64,000 bases of DNA from Somniosus microcephalus (Eukaryota), in contig CM126208.1 in the NCBI GenBank assembly GCA_052327205.1, forward strand, positions 193,068,001-193,132,000, written 5' to 3'. Made by a program: the position numbers and the translations under genes. Every line of letters starts with the position of its first letter. Position 1 is the stretch's first letter. The notes beneath the pieces are model-generated. The model made no database searches, had not been told where the DNA came from, and saw only the letters and a list, made by a program, of their open reading frames with translations. Positions 51,040-64,000 of the stretch are shown piece by piece.

Positions 51040-52231
51040 TCTGAGGTTTCATTCACTCAAATCAGAGTCTGATGAGAGGTTCATGGACAGCACGTCCGGA
51101 AGGGGGATTTACTGCCTGCCTCCTCCCTTCCACCTCATCCTCCTCTTCTTCCTCTTCCTGTTACTTCTCTCCCTCTTCCTCCTCCTCTCCCTCATCCTCA
51201 TCCTGAGGTGATCCCGCAATCCCTGCTGGCAAGGGATGCACTCTCATGATTGCCAAGTTGTGCAGCATGCAGCAGACCACCACGAAATGGGACACCCACT
51301 CCGGCGAGTACTGGTGGGCTCTTCCTGAGTGGCCAAGGCAGCAGAACCATTGCTTCAGCAGGCCGATGGTCTGCTTGATGGTGTTCCTGGTGGTAGCATG
51401 GCTCTCATTATATGAGTGCTGGGCATGAGTGGTGGGGTTGCGGAGGGGAGTAATCAGCCAGGTGCAGAGCAGATAGCCCTTGTCTCCGAGCAGCCAATGT
51501 TGAGTTTCATGTGGTGGCTGGAAGAGTGGTGCAGGATGAAGACATTATGACTGCTGCCAGGATAGTGGGCATTGACCATCAGGATGCACTGGGCATGGTT
51601 GCATAACAACGGCATATTGCGTGAGTGGTAGCCTTTGCAGTCATGAAAGATCTCAGGATTGGTATTCAGCGCCCGCAAAGCCACGTGGGTGCAGTCGATG
51701 GTGCCCTGCACCATGGGGCAGCCCGCTGTCCTGTCAAAGCCACATGCAAGCTCCTCCTGGTTCTCTCTGTTCAGAGAGAAGAGAATGTAGCCCCTTCTCC
51801 TAGACTACAGAGCCATCTGTGACCTCCCGTATGCAGCAATGGATGGCAAACTGGGAGATGTTAGCTATGTCTGCTGCTGCAGACTGGAAGAATCTACTGG
51901 CGAAGAAATTGAGGACCATGGTGACCTTGACTGCCACTGGGAGAGCCGTGATCACCCTGCTCTGAGGCTGTAGGTCTGGTTGCAGGAGGTGGCAGAGTTC
52001 TGTGACCACCTCCTTGTTGAAGCGGAGCCTCCTAATTCACTGCTCCTCGCTTAAGTGGATATAAGAGAGGTGCTCTCTGAAAATGCTAGGTGGGTAAGGC
52101 CTCCTGTTGATATCCCTCCTGGCCCTCCTCCTCCCTCTGCAAGTATCTTCTCATCTTCTTCGCTGCCTCCGCTCCCTCTCCCAAAGTACTCGAGTGTGAG
52201 GGGGACTGCAAGTAGAGCCCCCATGACTATG
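51040..52231 (-). pseudogene. Decayed Harbinger transposase of element E
   Basis: VTELCHLLQPDL, VQGTIDCTHVALR, GSSH, GDKGY and CCMLHN remnants; ends approximate. Confidence 0.85.
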
Positions 52232-53499
52232 AGCAAGTGATGTGAGCAGAAGCCTTTAAATAAGAATGAAGGTGTTCTCCACTTGCAACAACACTCCATC
52301 ACCTCAGGCACTTGAAACAAGTTTAGAAAGCTGCTAGAGTTGCACAAAGTTACACAGAGTCAGTCAAACTAAACAAGCATGTCAGGTGCAAGTTGTTGCT
52401 GACAATCCCTTTAAATAATGCTGCTGGAGGCTCCTTCCTGCTTGTGAATGCTTGGCCAGCTGGTCATAATTAGGCCAATAAGTGGAGCGGTGAACTCGAA
52501 AATGGCAGACCAAGTGTCAGGTGAGCGTTGCACCCTCACTGACATCACGATCTGCATAATCTACATATCCCCAGCGAGTGCGGACATCGGCAGCGCAGCC
52601 GCCCAGCCAAAAATGGCGGCGGCCGCAGGACCCACCGGCATCAGGCAGAAGTGAGGCGGCTGCCATGTTTTTTCCAAAATGGGCCTGAACAGCCAGTGCT
52701 AAACCCTAGAATTTCTAGGCCAAAGTTCTTAACCCTCTCTGTGACCAAAGTATTAGAAATATTTCAGTAAAAATGTTTGTAAGTGATTTCTGAAAAAAAT
52801 ATAGGTGCAGTGAAGCAGGTTTCACCTGCAATACACAACTGGGTGATTAGTCACAGCAGGCTCTGCCACAGAAAATGTTTACATAATCAAACATCTCTTA
52901 ATCACTCTGACTGCTTGTGTTGCTGCAACTATATTTTATGAAGCCCTTTTAATAAGTATCTTTATTGCACTGTAGTTAAAAACCAATCTCTTGTCTGTAG
53001 TTTCCTGAGACAAAATGATAGTCACAGTTTTCACAACGGGGAGGCTGGAGTTGTGCATGATGCAATGACACTTGATTTTGTTGCTTGCTTTCAGTAAATC
53101 TAAATTAGTAATAGTTCTTTAGTAAAAAGAACTGTCAAGTGGGAAACCTGCATCTACAGCATCATTGGTTCTTTTCTGAGGAGGATACCTCAAAATAATT
53201 AAAACAAAAATGAAAGGGGCTGAAAGGAAAATATATGCACATGAAATGGAACCATTGGAAACTTTGACCAGTAACAGTGGAAAAACAAAATAAATGAACT
53301 CCCAAGTAGCAGACAAGAACAGAGGAAAACAAGTAGCTTTTACATTTGACCTATTGAAAAAGACAATACCACCTGGCTTGCTGCTTGTCAAATTTTAAAA
53401 CATTAGGAACTAAAAAAAAATAAAGCACATTAAGTGCAAAAGGCTTTTTTTTAACCTGCATTCTCTGTAACCAGCTCCAGCTCAAAAACTCCCTTCCTG

Positions 53500-53755
53500 A
53501 CCTCTCGATTCCTCCCTTCCACCAACCATTGGCAGCCGTGCTTTCAGTCACCTGGCTCCATGCTCTGGAATTCTCTACCTAAACTCCTGTGCCTCTCCAT
53601 CTCCCTCCTGTCCTTTAAGACCCTTATTAAAACATACCTCTTTGACTAAGCTATTGGTCATCCCTCCTAATATCGTTAATTGTTTTGATTATACCTCCGT
53701 GAAGCACTTTGGGATTGTTTTCTATGTTAAAGGTACTATATAGGTACAAGTTTTT
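53500..53755 (+). mobile_element. L2 LINE 3' end
   Basis: GSRAFS.LAP.LWNSLP...FKTL.KTYLF remnant plus L2 tail. Confidence 0.75.
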
Positions 53756-55531
53756 TCTCTACAGTTTTACTTTATGAATTTTTTTCTCTGAGCAAACAAG
53801 CAAGTCAAGGGTCTAGGTATATTGCATTGATGCAAAGCTGTTAAGCTGGTGTATCCAAGTGAAATCAAAAGTATAAGTAGGGTGTTAGGTCACTGGTCTG
53901 ATTATCAAGTACACTGAAACAGAGTGTAATTTGACTTTGGATGGAGTAACATTAAATCCAGTCTGGTGACAAGCCATGTTTTAAAAGTACCCAGGTGGCC
54001 CAGTGGACCTCCTGGGAATTTTATACATTTATTTTTCCATCTTTCTGTGCTCTCTCAACATTAGTCAACTGGGCAGCAGAGGCATGTGCATGAGTCCAAG
54101 AATGCAAGCACAGTGCTCTTTTCTCATTGAGCTCCATGTGATCCACCCCTGGTGGTATAATTCTGATTTGACTTGTTGAGGGTAACATGCTTGAGTTACT
54201 GGTCTGAGGTCATACAGCTGAATCTGTGATCAGGTGCTCCCTGTAAAGAATAGGGCTCAGAGTGCTGTCAGATTGGGCAACTATGGGCCCACAGCCCATC
54301 TATTGTGGATCGAGAAATCATAGGCTATGGCCCAACCTCTACATCTCACTGGGGTGCCAATTCATGGAATCAATCCTCATATCTGTAATTTAAGTACAGC
54401 CAGGGATGTCTTTGGAAATCTATCCATAAAAGGTGAGTGCAGTTTGAAAATCTGCTGCAGTGTAGCTAGTTCAATCCATAACAGAAGATCTCACAGTTGG
54501 GTAAATAAATGTCATCATTTGGAGATTAGAGCTGCAAAATTGAATGATTAAGTCAAACGAGTTTTAATGTAGTACTAAAATAGCAAATCTTAATGTTTAA
54601 ACTTGCATTGTCCATTTGGTCAGTTTAATTGACATGGTATGTGATTGAATTGTCAATCTGTCAGACTAGAGGACCAATCTTTTATGGTTAATCATGGAGA
54701 AAAAATGTTTACGCCCCTCTGACACTGCTTTTCTAAAACATTTACCATTATTTACCGCTCACAGCTCTTCTCAACAAATTCAAATTTGTATCTCACATAT
54801 CCAATAATCTATCCTGTGTCACCTCTGCACAGTCAAGCCTTAGTGGTTCTATGTCTATTTTGTTTGTGTTTATTGTGCAACAGGCCAATGCGCCCTCAAG
54901 AAAACATCTGATTCACTGGCCCAGAAAAATTCTGTAAGATCATTTGACCTTTTTTGTGCAGGCATTACATTTTCAGAAAACTGAATGCCACGTTTGAGTA
55001 GACAAAGTGGTATGCTGAATCATAAATGTAATAAATTGGGTATTATAAGGAGCTGCAATAGAAACCTGTGAGACCCAGGGACTAATCAGTACTGAATGTG
55101 AAATGTGTCGAGTCACTATTGAAGGACTCTTGCAGTCAGCGCTAGACATACCTAGAGAGAGGCTATAGCCAACCATGAGGGACATTTTTTTCTGATCTCA
55201 TATAGAGTACGATGGTTGTCTGCAGACAGATCACTGCAGCTGAGAGCGGGTGCTAATTGCCAGTGGGCTAAATAGGAACTTCATTGGGAGAAGCTTGACA
55301 CAAACTTAGGTCAGATCGACACATCCTTAAATGCCCCTCTCAAAAGTAACGAACGTTCCGTAGCTACTATTTGAAGGATGCAGCACAGCTTGTCCCATAA
55401 TATTTACGTTATCAAACATTATAATTTATCAGGGGTTCAAAAGAACTTTTCATCATGCCAAGTGCCATCAAACACTCCTGGAAATGAGCTCTCACTCCCT
55501 ATGAGACAAAATGTGAGTCTCTAGTAATATG

Positions 55532-56831
55532 GGCTGGAATTCTTACCTTTGAGTCGGGTTGTGTGCATGTGGGCCACGTGGCCGGTCGCCATTACGAACG
55601 TTTCATCAGCGCGTTCTCCACTGTGCGTTTAACTGAATTAGATCAATTGAATGAGTTATACAGGTTTCCTGACTAGTTACCTGGAGCGGGTCTGATGACA
55701 TCATCGATGACTCGCCTTCAGCCCAGATATTTAAAGGAGCCTTGCATACATCACAGTTGTAGGTTGTTGTAGGAGGCTCAGAGGTGGTTGGGAGTGCTGC
55801 CTGTGCGTATCCATCCAAGACTTGGTACGAATCTGAGGTCCAAGGTGAAACAGCATAAGCGGCACCCACGCTGATCTGATACATGCCAGGTAAAGTGGAG
55901 ATCCTTCAATCTCTGCTTCTTCTTCTTCTCTTCTTAGGCAGTCCCTCGGAACCGAGGATGACTTGCTTCCACATTAAAAATGAGTTCTCAGGTGACTGAT
56001 TAGTCCAATGCGGGACCTACAGTCTCTGTCACAGGTGGGGCAGACGGTGGTTGAAGGGGCGGGTGGGTGGGGTGCTTGGGTTGACGTGCGCTCCTTGCGC
56101 TGCCTGCGCTTGGCTTCTGCTTGCTCCCGGCGAAGAGACTCGAGGTGTTCGGCGCCTTCTCGGATGCTTCTCCTCCACTTTGTGCGGTCTTGAGCCAGGG
56201 AGTCCCAGGTGTCGGTGGGGATGTTACAATTTTTCAAGGAGGCTTTGAGGGTGTCCTTGAAGCGTTTCCTCTGGCCACTTGGGGCTTTCTTGCCGTGCCG
56301 GAGCTCCGAGTAGAGCGCTTGTTTTGGGAGTCTCGTATCGGGCTCGTACCACAGATCCTTCAATGTACTACTAGTGACTAGCAATGTGGTGAGAGTGGTT
56401 TCTAAGGTTGCAGAAATTACCTGCAAATTCCTGAAAGCAAAATCTCTGCACAAAATCGTGTCAGCAAGAGCCTTTCCCTTAGGCAAGGAATCAAGTGTAA
56501 GGTGTGTGTATTTAAGTGATTTTTCCAGCTTTCACTTAAATGACATACCACAATGGCCACTGAGCTCCCACTTTGCCTTCACAGGCGAGCTTCACGAAGT
56601 CCATGAATCCCATGCACAACCCATTTAAAGGTCTCTCAACAAGCAGCTAATTAATTCAATAAGGTCGCCCGCCTCTCCTGGGTGGGTCCGTGGCGCGCTT
56701 CGAACCGCACCCCAGTTAAATGTGGAAATTGGTGGGATGAAGGCGGGTTCACGACATGCTGTTAATTTCAGCACTTTTAACAGCCAACCTGCTCCCAAAC
56801 TCACACTTTCTGCAATGTGAAAATTCCAGCC
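55532..56831. mobile_element. Harbinger-type MITE containing an RTE insertion
   Basis: TIRs GGCTGGAATT / AATTCCAGCC and TSD ATG/ATG. Confidence 0.7.
55911..56352 (-). mobile_element. RTE LINE 3' fragment
   Basis: PDTRLPKQALYSEL...GQRKRFKDTLK...CPTC.R.CRSRIGLISHLRTH; (AAG)n tail; 12-bp TSD AGATCCTTCAAT. Confidence 0.9.
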
Positions 56832-56984
56832 ATGATGCTTACTGGGGTTAATCAGAATTTTTTGTTACTGTAAATAGCCACTGAACTACCACACATCCTA
56901 TTCTGTTCTCCTACTCTTCAGATAGAAGTAAACTGGAAGGCTATCTGTACAATGATAGCTTAATATGCAGTAGTAAACATGGAA

Positions 56985-57700
56985 CTGAAAGGAACATCTT
57001 TCCTGACAAGCCTTCCTGACTTCTTTTGAGGATGTGACAACCCTGTTTTTCTGTGGAACGCCGTAAACTTCTGAGCAGCATTTGACAAAGTTCCACAGGA
57101 TAGCTAACCGTTAAACTCAAAGGTGTGGGGATTCAGGGTAAATCTTGGGAAGAGGCAAGAACTTGACTGAAGGGTAGAATACAAGAATTTATTGCAGGAA
57201 TAATAATTGAGATAGGGATAAAGAACTGAATGGGGTACCCCAGGGATTAGTGTTGCAACTATAATACTGCTAATAATTTACAATGATTTGGATTTAGAGT
57301 CAATACCAAACTAGGAGGAGGGGGTTCACAAATTACAGAATGAGTTGGAGAAAATATATATGTGGGCAAAACAATGACTGATGAAATTTAACTCAGACAG
57401 GTGTAAATACAGCACATAGAGAGGAAAAATGGGCAACACGGAATCCATGAACGGTGTTAAAATCGCTAAAGATGAAATTGGAAAAGCCCAAGGAGTCTTA
57501 GTAGATGCTACACTAAATATGTCCAACCAATGTAGAGCAGCAATCAACAAAGCCAACAGAATATTGAACTCTATAGCCAAAATGGTAGAATGCAAGTTGG
57601 AGGAAGTAGTGATCAAATTGTACAGCATTCTTGTCAGACTGCATCGGGTATTGTGTACATTTCTGGCCAAGACACAATGGAAACATTTAAGCCATGAGTC
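56985..57700 (+). mobile_element. Decayed CR1 LINE fragment
   Basis: AFDKVP, GVPQG and QCRAAINKANRIL remnants. Confidence 0.65.
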
Positions 57701-57709
57701 GGACTCCGA

Positions 57710-58860
57710 GGGTGCAAAATTGGGCTCAGTAGTGCCCATTGTTTGGGACACCATGGGTGCTGTTCGGGGATCAACATGGCGTCCGCTGTGCACGCGCACA
57801 ATTCTGCCGCGTATCACGCTGGACACCTTCTTGGTGAATGCGTTTGCACGCATGCAGCTAACGTTGGTCAGAAGTATGCAGAGTAGGCAGATCATGACGT
57901 CAATCGACGTGCCAACGTCCTCTTTAACTTCACACAGCTGAACACACATTAAGCAGCAGGAAGGACTCCCCACCAGCGCTATTTAAAGTATCATCAACTA
58001 CTTACAGGTTAGTTGCTGGTTGATTTCTTCTGGCTTGTTCTATGATTCTACAAGTGTTTGGTGCTTTTCGTAATTGTTTCAAGTTGCAAAAGTCTACAGG
58101 GATGGTGATGAAGGACTTTTTGCTGACTTCAAAGCTTCTGTACAAATCAATTGCACTCAGAGATGCGGCACTAGTAGGTATTCCCCTTGGTATGTGGCAT
58201 GACTGGGAGAATGAGCAAAGGCCATACAGAGCAGGACAAGCTGCTAGAAGAGGGAGGAGGAGGGAGAGAAGGACTCTCAGCAGGAGGCCACATCCGCAGA
58301 GGGTCTTTAGGGAGCAGATCTGTTGCAGAATAGATTGCAGGAGCCCTGATGGCAGTAGTCTGATATTCCACTGCAGCACTCAGATGTTGGCTGGCTGTTG
58401 CTTGTCCTGCAATGGAAGCTGCCACATTGGCCATCAGACACTACATCACGGTTGGATCCTCAAGTGTGCTAACGGAGTAGGCCACCAGTTCCATGCTGGA
58501 AAGGATGGGCTCTAACCTCTGTGCAAAGCTCTGTGTCAAGTTGGTGCTGGACTCCTCCATACTCCCGGACATTGAACGCAGGCTTTCTGGCAGGATTCCC
58601 AATGCACAAAGCCTTTTGTTGTGCATACCCATCAGCATTCTTCTGTAGACTGCCCCATTGAAGTTCTCATCTGAGTCCTCTGCAGCAGAACCAGTGTGCA
58701 ACCTCGCCCTCTGGCAAGCTAGCACCTGTCCTGGCTGCAGCCCACTCATGCCCAGTGTCTCACCACTTGCAGATCCCGACTCTAATATATCCTCTAAGAT
58801 ACATGCACTGTCAGTATCTGAGCTGGTGGCTACGAGAGTGAAATCAAGTGACTAAGTCTT
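57710..58860. mobile_element. Decayed Harbinger deletion derivative
   Basis: TGACGTCA and GCGCTATTTAAAG followed by the transposase 5' part (RRPHPQRVFRE, +), joined to the Myb exon-3 part (-) homologous to 49900-50420. Confidence 0.65.
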
Positions 58861-59164
58861 CATCCACTCTCTTCAAAAAAGTACTTAGACTGAAATGCAC
58901 AAGACTTAACTTTCTATGGTAACTTTAGTTTGTATCTATCGCACAAATACAGCAACTTCACACAATTCAATGCATTTCAAGGGTGAGCCAGACAGCGAGA
59001 TGCCGTTTTTGCGAAACTAATGGAGTGGCGCAATGCGTACATCAACTTTTGAATACTTGAGTTTAACTAAGCATATGCACCTCATCTGAAGTTGCAATAC
59101 CATCAACGCATAAATAACAGTGAGCACCAGTAACCTCACCGTTATTTTGACAGCAAAATCTGGG

Positions 59165-59825
59165 ACATACTTGCTCTCGAGTCAGTACAAAAAAGGTTCA
59201 CTCGGTTAATCCTGGGGATGAGGGGATGGACATATGAGGAGAGGTTGAGTAGATTGGGACTCTACTCATTGGAGTTCAGAAGAATGAGAGGCGATCTTAT
59301 TGAAACATATAAGATTGTGAAGGGGTTGGATCGGGTGGATGCGGGGAGGATGTTCCCGATGATGGGTGAAACTAGAACTAGGGGGCATAGTCTTAGAATA
59401 AGGGGCTGCTCTTTCAAAACTGAGATGAGGAGGAACTACTTCACTCAGAGGGTGGTAGGTCCCTGGAATATGCTGCCCCAAAAAGCTGTAGAAGCTACAT
59501 CATTACATAAATTTAAAACAGAAATAGACAGTTTCCTAGAAGTAAAGGGAATTAAGGGTTACGGGGAACGGGCAGGAATTTGGACATGAGTCTAGGTCCG
59601 GATCGGTCATGGTCCTGCGGGTAGCAGAGCGGGCCCAGGGGCCGTGTAGCCTGATCCTGCTCCTATTTCGTGTGTCTAATTCTGTTAGATTCAGGAGATG
59701 GTTCTGTGATAGTGGATTGGCGGTTAGGATCAGATCAGCCATGATCTTATTGAATGGCGGAGCAGGCTCGAGGGGCCGATTGGCCTACTCCTGCTCCTAT
59801 TTCTTATGTTCTTATGTTCTTATGT
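59165..59825 (+). mobile_element. Young CR1 LINE 3' end
   Basis: YEERLSRLGLYSLEFRRMRGDLIETYKI...TRGH; tail (TTCTTATG)n. Confidence 0.92.
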
Positions 59826-59855
59826 TAACATTTTCCTTAGAATCATGAATGACTA

Positions 59856-60581
59856 GGGGGAAATATTTGGTTGCTTTGCACCTCCCGTTAGCGCCCTAAG
59901 AGGGCACTAACGGGACGCAAAGGAACTAGCGTCTGGGCGCGGCACCGCCAGCGCCTCCCGTGAAATTCAGCGGGAGGTTAGCGGCGGCGGTAACCGTTAG
60001 TGCCCCACGGTACTGCGCCAACGGCAATGATGTCATCACCGTGTGCAGTGCCCTGCTCGCGCCCCAGCCATGATCTTCGGTGGCGCCCCCCGACTTACCA
60101 CTGGACGCTATGTCCGACGGGGTCAGGGGGGCCTACCTGCGGCCGGGGCGGCGCAAGTTAAAGGTGAGGTGGCGGGCAGCCATTTTTGTTGCCGGCCGCC
60201 GGCCAGTACCTGCCCCGTTGCCGTCCCCTGTGAAGCCCCCCCGCGGGGTGCCAGCTGCTCTCCATGAGCCCGGCACTCCTCTTGAGTGCCGGGCTTGTTT
60301 GCCAGCACTATCGATCCCTGGTGGCTCAGCTGGGTGCCGGGACACGCTGCACCAGGCCCCAAGAAGGGGAGGAAGACCTGCAGTACCACGGTGTGACGTG
60401 CCGCGATAATCCCGCACAGCGCCCCAAGGAGGAAGCGGAGCGCTACTGGAAGTGCCCCGCTTCCCTCTTGGGGCACTACCATTCAATTTCGGCCATGGCG
60501 GTGCTAATTTCTTCGGGGCGCTCAAAGTAGCGCCCCAGCGAAGTTACCGACCCAAAGGGGGCGCGACTCAATTTTTCCCCC
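59856..60581. mobile_element. Harbinger MITE
   Basis: GGGGGAAA / TTTTCCCCC termini; 3-bp TSD (TAG or CTA); opposite orientation to 44848-46259. Confidence 0.85.
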
Positions 60582-61021
60582 TAGATCTTTGGGTGAAATG
60601 GCCAAGTTCAGCTCTTGGTAGACCTTCCAGGTATGATGATGTATGTCCATCCATTGAATTCAGATCCCCTGCCAAGACTAAAGCTGTGAGAAATCTCAGT
60701 ACTTATTAAGTCCAAGGACCTCTGGTATCTGAGCTGTCAATCTTCTATGCCATTAGAAGCCCTGATACAGCAAATTATCCTGATATTTAAGCCTTTAAGG
60801 ACTGATACCACCTCATTGTTTTTAAATATTGTACTTTGTGTATTGGCTTCTGTGTATTCTGTATTATTTAACTTATTAATAAATATGAGCAACTAGTTGG
60901 TCTGGTAGCATGGTATTTTTTCTCCTTTTGGAAAAAACATGTAGGCATTCCACATAATCTCTAGTGAATATATTTCAATTGGGTTTAATTGTCAAATTGG
61001 GCTTGGTACCCAATATTCTAT

Positions 61022-61698
61022 GGGGGAAAGATTCAGTATCGCCCTGTTTGGGACGCCATTATTGGCCGTGCGCAAAGTTTAGCGCCTGGCGCTAATTATT
61101 GCCTCCGATGGCAAACTTGACTTTTATCCCCCCTGGAGGTGATTGGAGCGCTAAGTCAGGCGCTTCACACCTGTCTTAAGGCGCAAAGGCCGAGGAGCGA
61201 GGCACTACCTCAGAGTGCTGGCGAAGCAAGGAAGGGCAAATCAAAATAAACCTGCAAAGTGCTGCTCAGTACCCAAAACTCCTTCACACAGCGTTGAATC
61301 TCTCCAGAAGTCTCTCTCTCTCTCTCTCAGAATACGTGGTGCAAAAATGTCACCAACAAAAAAAGGCAGGAAGCGGCCGCCTTTAAATAGTGCTCCCCCG
61401 GTCCCTTTCTGACTGCAAAACGCTCCCCTCAACCTGTCGTTGCTAGCAGCAGGCGGTAAGGCAGGGGCCGCCACTCAATATTCGGTCTGGGGCGTTACCG
61501 GGGTATTGCGCACTCGACTGACGTCACGATCTGCCGGCGCAGGAGATCGTGGCGGTAGTGTTTAGCGCCACCACAAAATGTCTAGTTAATTTCGCGAGCG
61601 GCACAAACATCGCCGCGCCCGGGCGCTAGTGGCTTTGCACCCCATTAGCGCCCTCTTAAGGCGCTAATGGGAGGCGCAAATAACTGCATTTTCCCCCC
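61022..61698. mobile_element. Internal-deletion derivative of the Harbinger B family
   Basis: Left ~190 bp matches 10597-10790 and right ~420 bp matches 28035-28470; TSD TAT/TAT. Confidence 0.88.
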
Positions 61699-62719
61699 TA
61701 TATATTTAACAGGAGCAGGTTTGTGATCACAGTAGACTGCTTATAGAAATTGGTATTTTACGAATATAAAAAAAAAAGCAACGGAAAGGAGTCATCAACT
61801 TTTAAGGCCTAACCAAAATTTTCAAACCCTAATTTTAATGTACGGCAATGTTTAATTTGCATACACAAATCACTGCACTTTAAACAACTCATAATATGAA
61901 TATCTTAAGCAGTTGTGCACTAATCTGAACATATGAACACCAATATAAGGCCAAAGATGTTATGAACAGAACATTCCAGAAAAGTCAATTTAATTAATTG
62001 CCATGACACAGACTGCAGCCACTTTTATAAAATTGAAAGGATTAATAAAATGTATGATTCCAATTGTCAAAACTACAGGGAGGATAATCCATTTGCTTAA
62101 ATTTTCATTATAGTCCCCATGCTTCATTTATAAATTAAAGAACTGTGGTTAGTTAATGAGCTGGAGTGAATGATGATCATATGTCAAAAAAATACCAAAA
62201 TTAGAATTATGTACAAAGCAAAATAAAATCATCCTACTGTAGTACACACTAAACCATACATACTGGCAAGTTGACAGGCAGTAGAATGTAATTAATAAAG
62301 TAACAAATTCTGGACCTTCAAAGCTTTGCTTATTTTTGTGAGGCAACAAAGCTAGAAATTGAAAGAGTCATTCCTATTGATTTGCACATTGAATGGTCAT
62401 ATAATCTCACATTGCACAAAATAAATTTCACTTCCTTCAAGTGCGAATCTCTGCATCTTCAGAAGTGCATTAAATAAAGGCTGGGAAGTAGCAAAAAGGA
62501 ATATAACCACAATGGTACTCCAATGAAAAGATCCCGATAGACACTGAATGCCAAGTAACTCTAACATGCATTCACGTGCAGTTATCCACCTGATGTCAGC
62601 TATTGTGCACAGATCTGACTAAACATTAGGAAGACCAAAGGCATCTTTGGCCCATGCCACAAGCTCTGTACCCTTGCCACTGTTTCCAGGCTCCCCCTTG
62701 CCCTAACCCAGATCCCACA

Positions 62720-62826
62720 GGGGAAAAATTTGGTTGCTTTGCGCCTCCCGTTAGCGTCCCGGGGAGGGGGGGCACTAACGGGGTGCAAATCACCCGGGCA
62801 CGGCGCTGCTAACGCCTCCCATGAAA
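62720..62826 (+). mobile_element. Harbinger MITE left-end fragment
   Basis: GGGGAAAAATTTGGTTGCTTTGCGCCTCCCGTTAGCG, as in 59856. Confidence 0.65.
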
Positions 62827-62827
62827 G

Positions 62828-64000
62828 GGGAGGGTTTAAACTAAGTTGGTAGGGGGATGAGCACCAGGATGTAGCATTAGAAAGGAGAAACAAAGGGCAC
62901 AAAGGATTGGGAGAGACGGATAGCACTAAAGTAAGAAATAGTAAGCTATTAGGTGGGGTCAGACTAAGAGAGAACACAGGATGGTCTATAATAGGTTTAC
63001 AGTGTATGTATGTGAACGCACGAAGCGTAGTAAACAAGGTTGGTGAGCTGTAGGCACAAATAGCCACATGGGAATATGATGTTGTGTCAATAATGGAGAC
63101 CTGGCTCCAAAAAGGGCAGGATTGGGTATTAAGTATTCCTGGATATAAATTGTTCAGGAAAGATAGGGAAGGAAAGATAGGAGGTGGTGGGGCAGTATTG
63201 GTTAAGGAGAATGTTACAGTGCTGGAGAGAGAGGATGTCCTGGAGGGGTCAACGACAGAATCTATTGGTTAGAGTTAAGAAATAATAGAGATGCCATTAC
63301 ACTACTAGGTGTATTCTATAGGCCACCAACTAGTGAGAAAAATATGGAGGAGCAAATTGCAGAGAAATTACAGAGAGATGCAAGGACTACAGAGTAGTGA
63401 AAATGGGGGACTTCAACTATCCTAATATAGACTGGGATAGTAATAGTGTAAAGGGCAGAGAGGGGTAAGAATTTCGGAAGTGTGTTCAGGAGAACTTTCT
63501 TGAGCAATATGTTTCCGGCCCAACGAGGAAGGAGGCATTGCAGGATCTGGTTCTGGAGAATAAGGTGGGTCAAGTGGAGTAAGTGTCAGTAGGAGAACAT
63601 TTAGGGATCAGTGATCATAGTATCATAAGGTTTAGATTAGCAATGGAAAAGGATAGGGAGCAATCTAGAGTAAAAATACTTAATTGGAGAAATGCCAATT
63701 TCAGTGGGATGGGAACGGATCTGGCCCGGGTAAATTGGAATCAAATTGACAGGCAAAACTAATGGAACAATGGACTGCCTTTAAAGAGGAAATAGTTCAG
63801 CTACAGTCGAGGTACATTCCCACTAGGGGGAAAGGTAGGGAAACTAAAGTCAGAGCTCCCTGGATGATGAAAGAGATAGAGAGTAAGATGAAGCAGAAAA
63901 AGAGCGTGTATGACGGATGTCAGGTCGAGAATACATTTGAGAATCAGGCTAAATATAAAAAGTTTAGAGAAGTGAAAAAGAAAATAAGAGGAGAAAAGAG
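62828..64000 (+). mobile_element. CR1 LINE, end of ORF1 and APE endonuclease part of ORF2 (decayed, runs off the window)
   Basis: YVNARSVVNK, METWL, GYKLFRKDR, GGGAVLVK, GVFYRPP, MGDFNYP.IDW, GISDH; in-frame stops. Confidence 0.9.

Larger units (their letters stand above)
48721..52721. mobile_element. Full-length decayed Harbinger element E (4001 bp)
   Basis: TIRs GGCCTAGAAATT / AATTTCTAGGCC, TSD AAA/AAA, convergent Myb (+) and transposase (-) remnants. Confidence 0.9.

Overview
Eukaryotic (vertebrate) genomic DNA, very probably a cartilaginous fish, judged from its repeat families (CR1 tails, L2 tails, Deu-domain SINE, Neptune-type Penelope elements). I recognise no host gene locus, so the window is probably intronic or intergenic. 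It is dominated by transposable elements: about a dozen PIF/Harbinger DNA transposons and MITEs (transposase plus spliced Myb/SANT gene, 3-bp TSDs), two Penelope-like elements with hammerhead ribozymes, a decayed CsRn1-type Gypsy element, a solo LTR, and Rex1, RTE, CR1 and L2 LINE fragments plus SINEs. 10.6-28.5 kb is a five-level nest of insertions with readable TSDs. The standout is 31390-35015 (-), a very young Mag-type LTR retroelement with identical 257-bp LTRs, a 5-bp TSD and a tRNA-Ser PBS. Its intact 732-aa ORF is Gag-protease fused in frame, in place of RT/RNaseH/IN, to segments resembling host STK10/SLK, optineurin and a U1/matrin-type zinc finger. The host-gene assignments come from recalled protein sequences and need BLAST confirmation.
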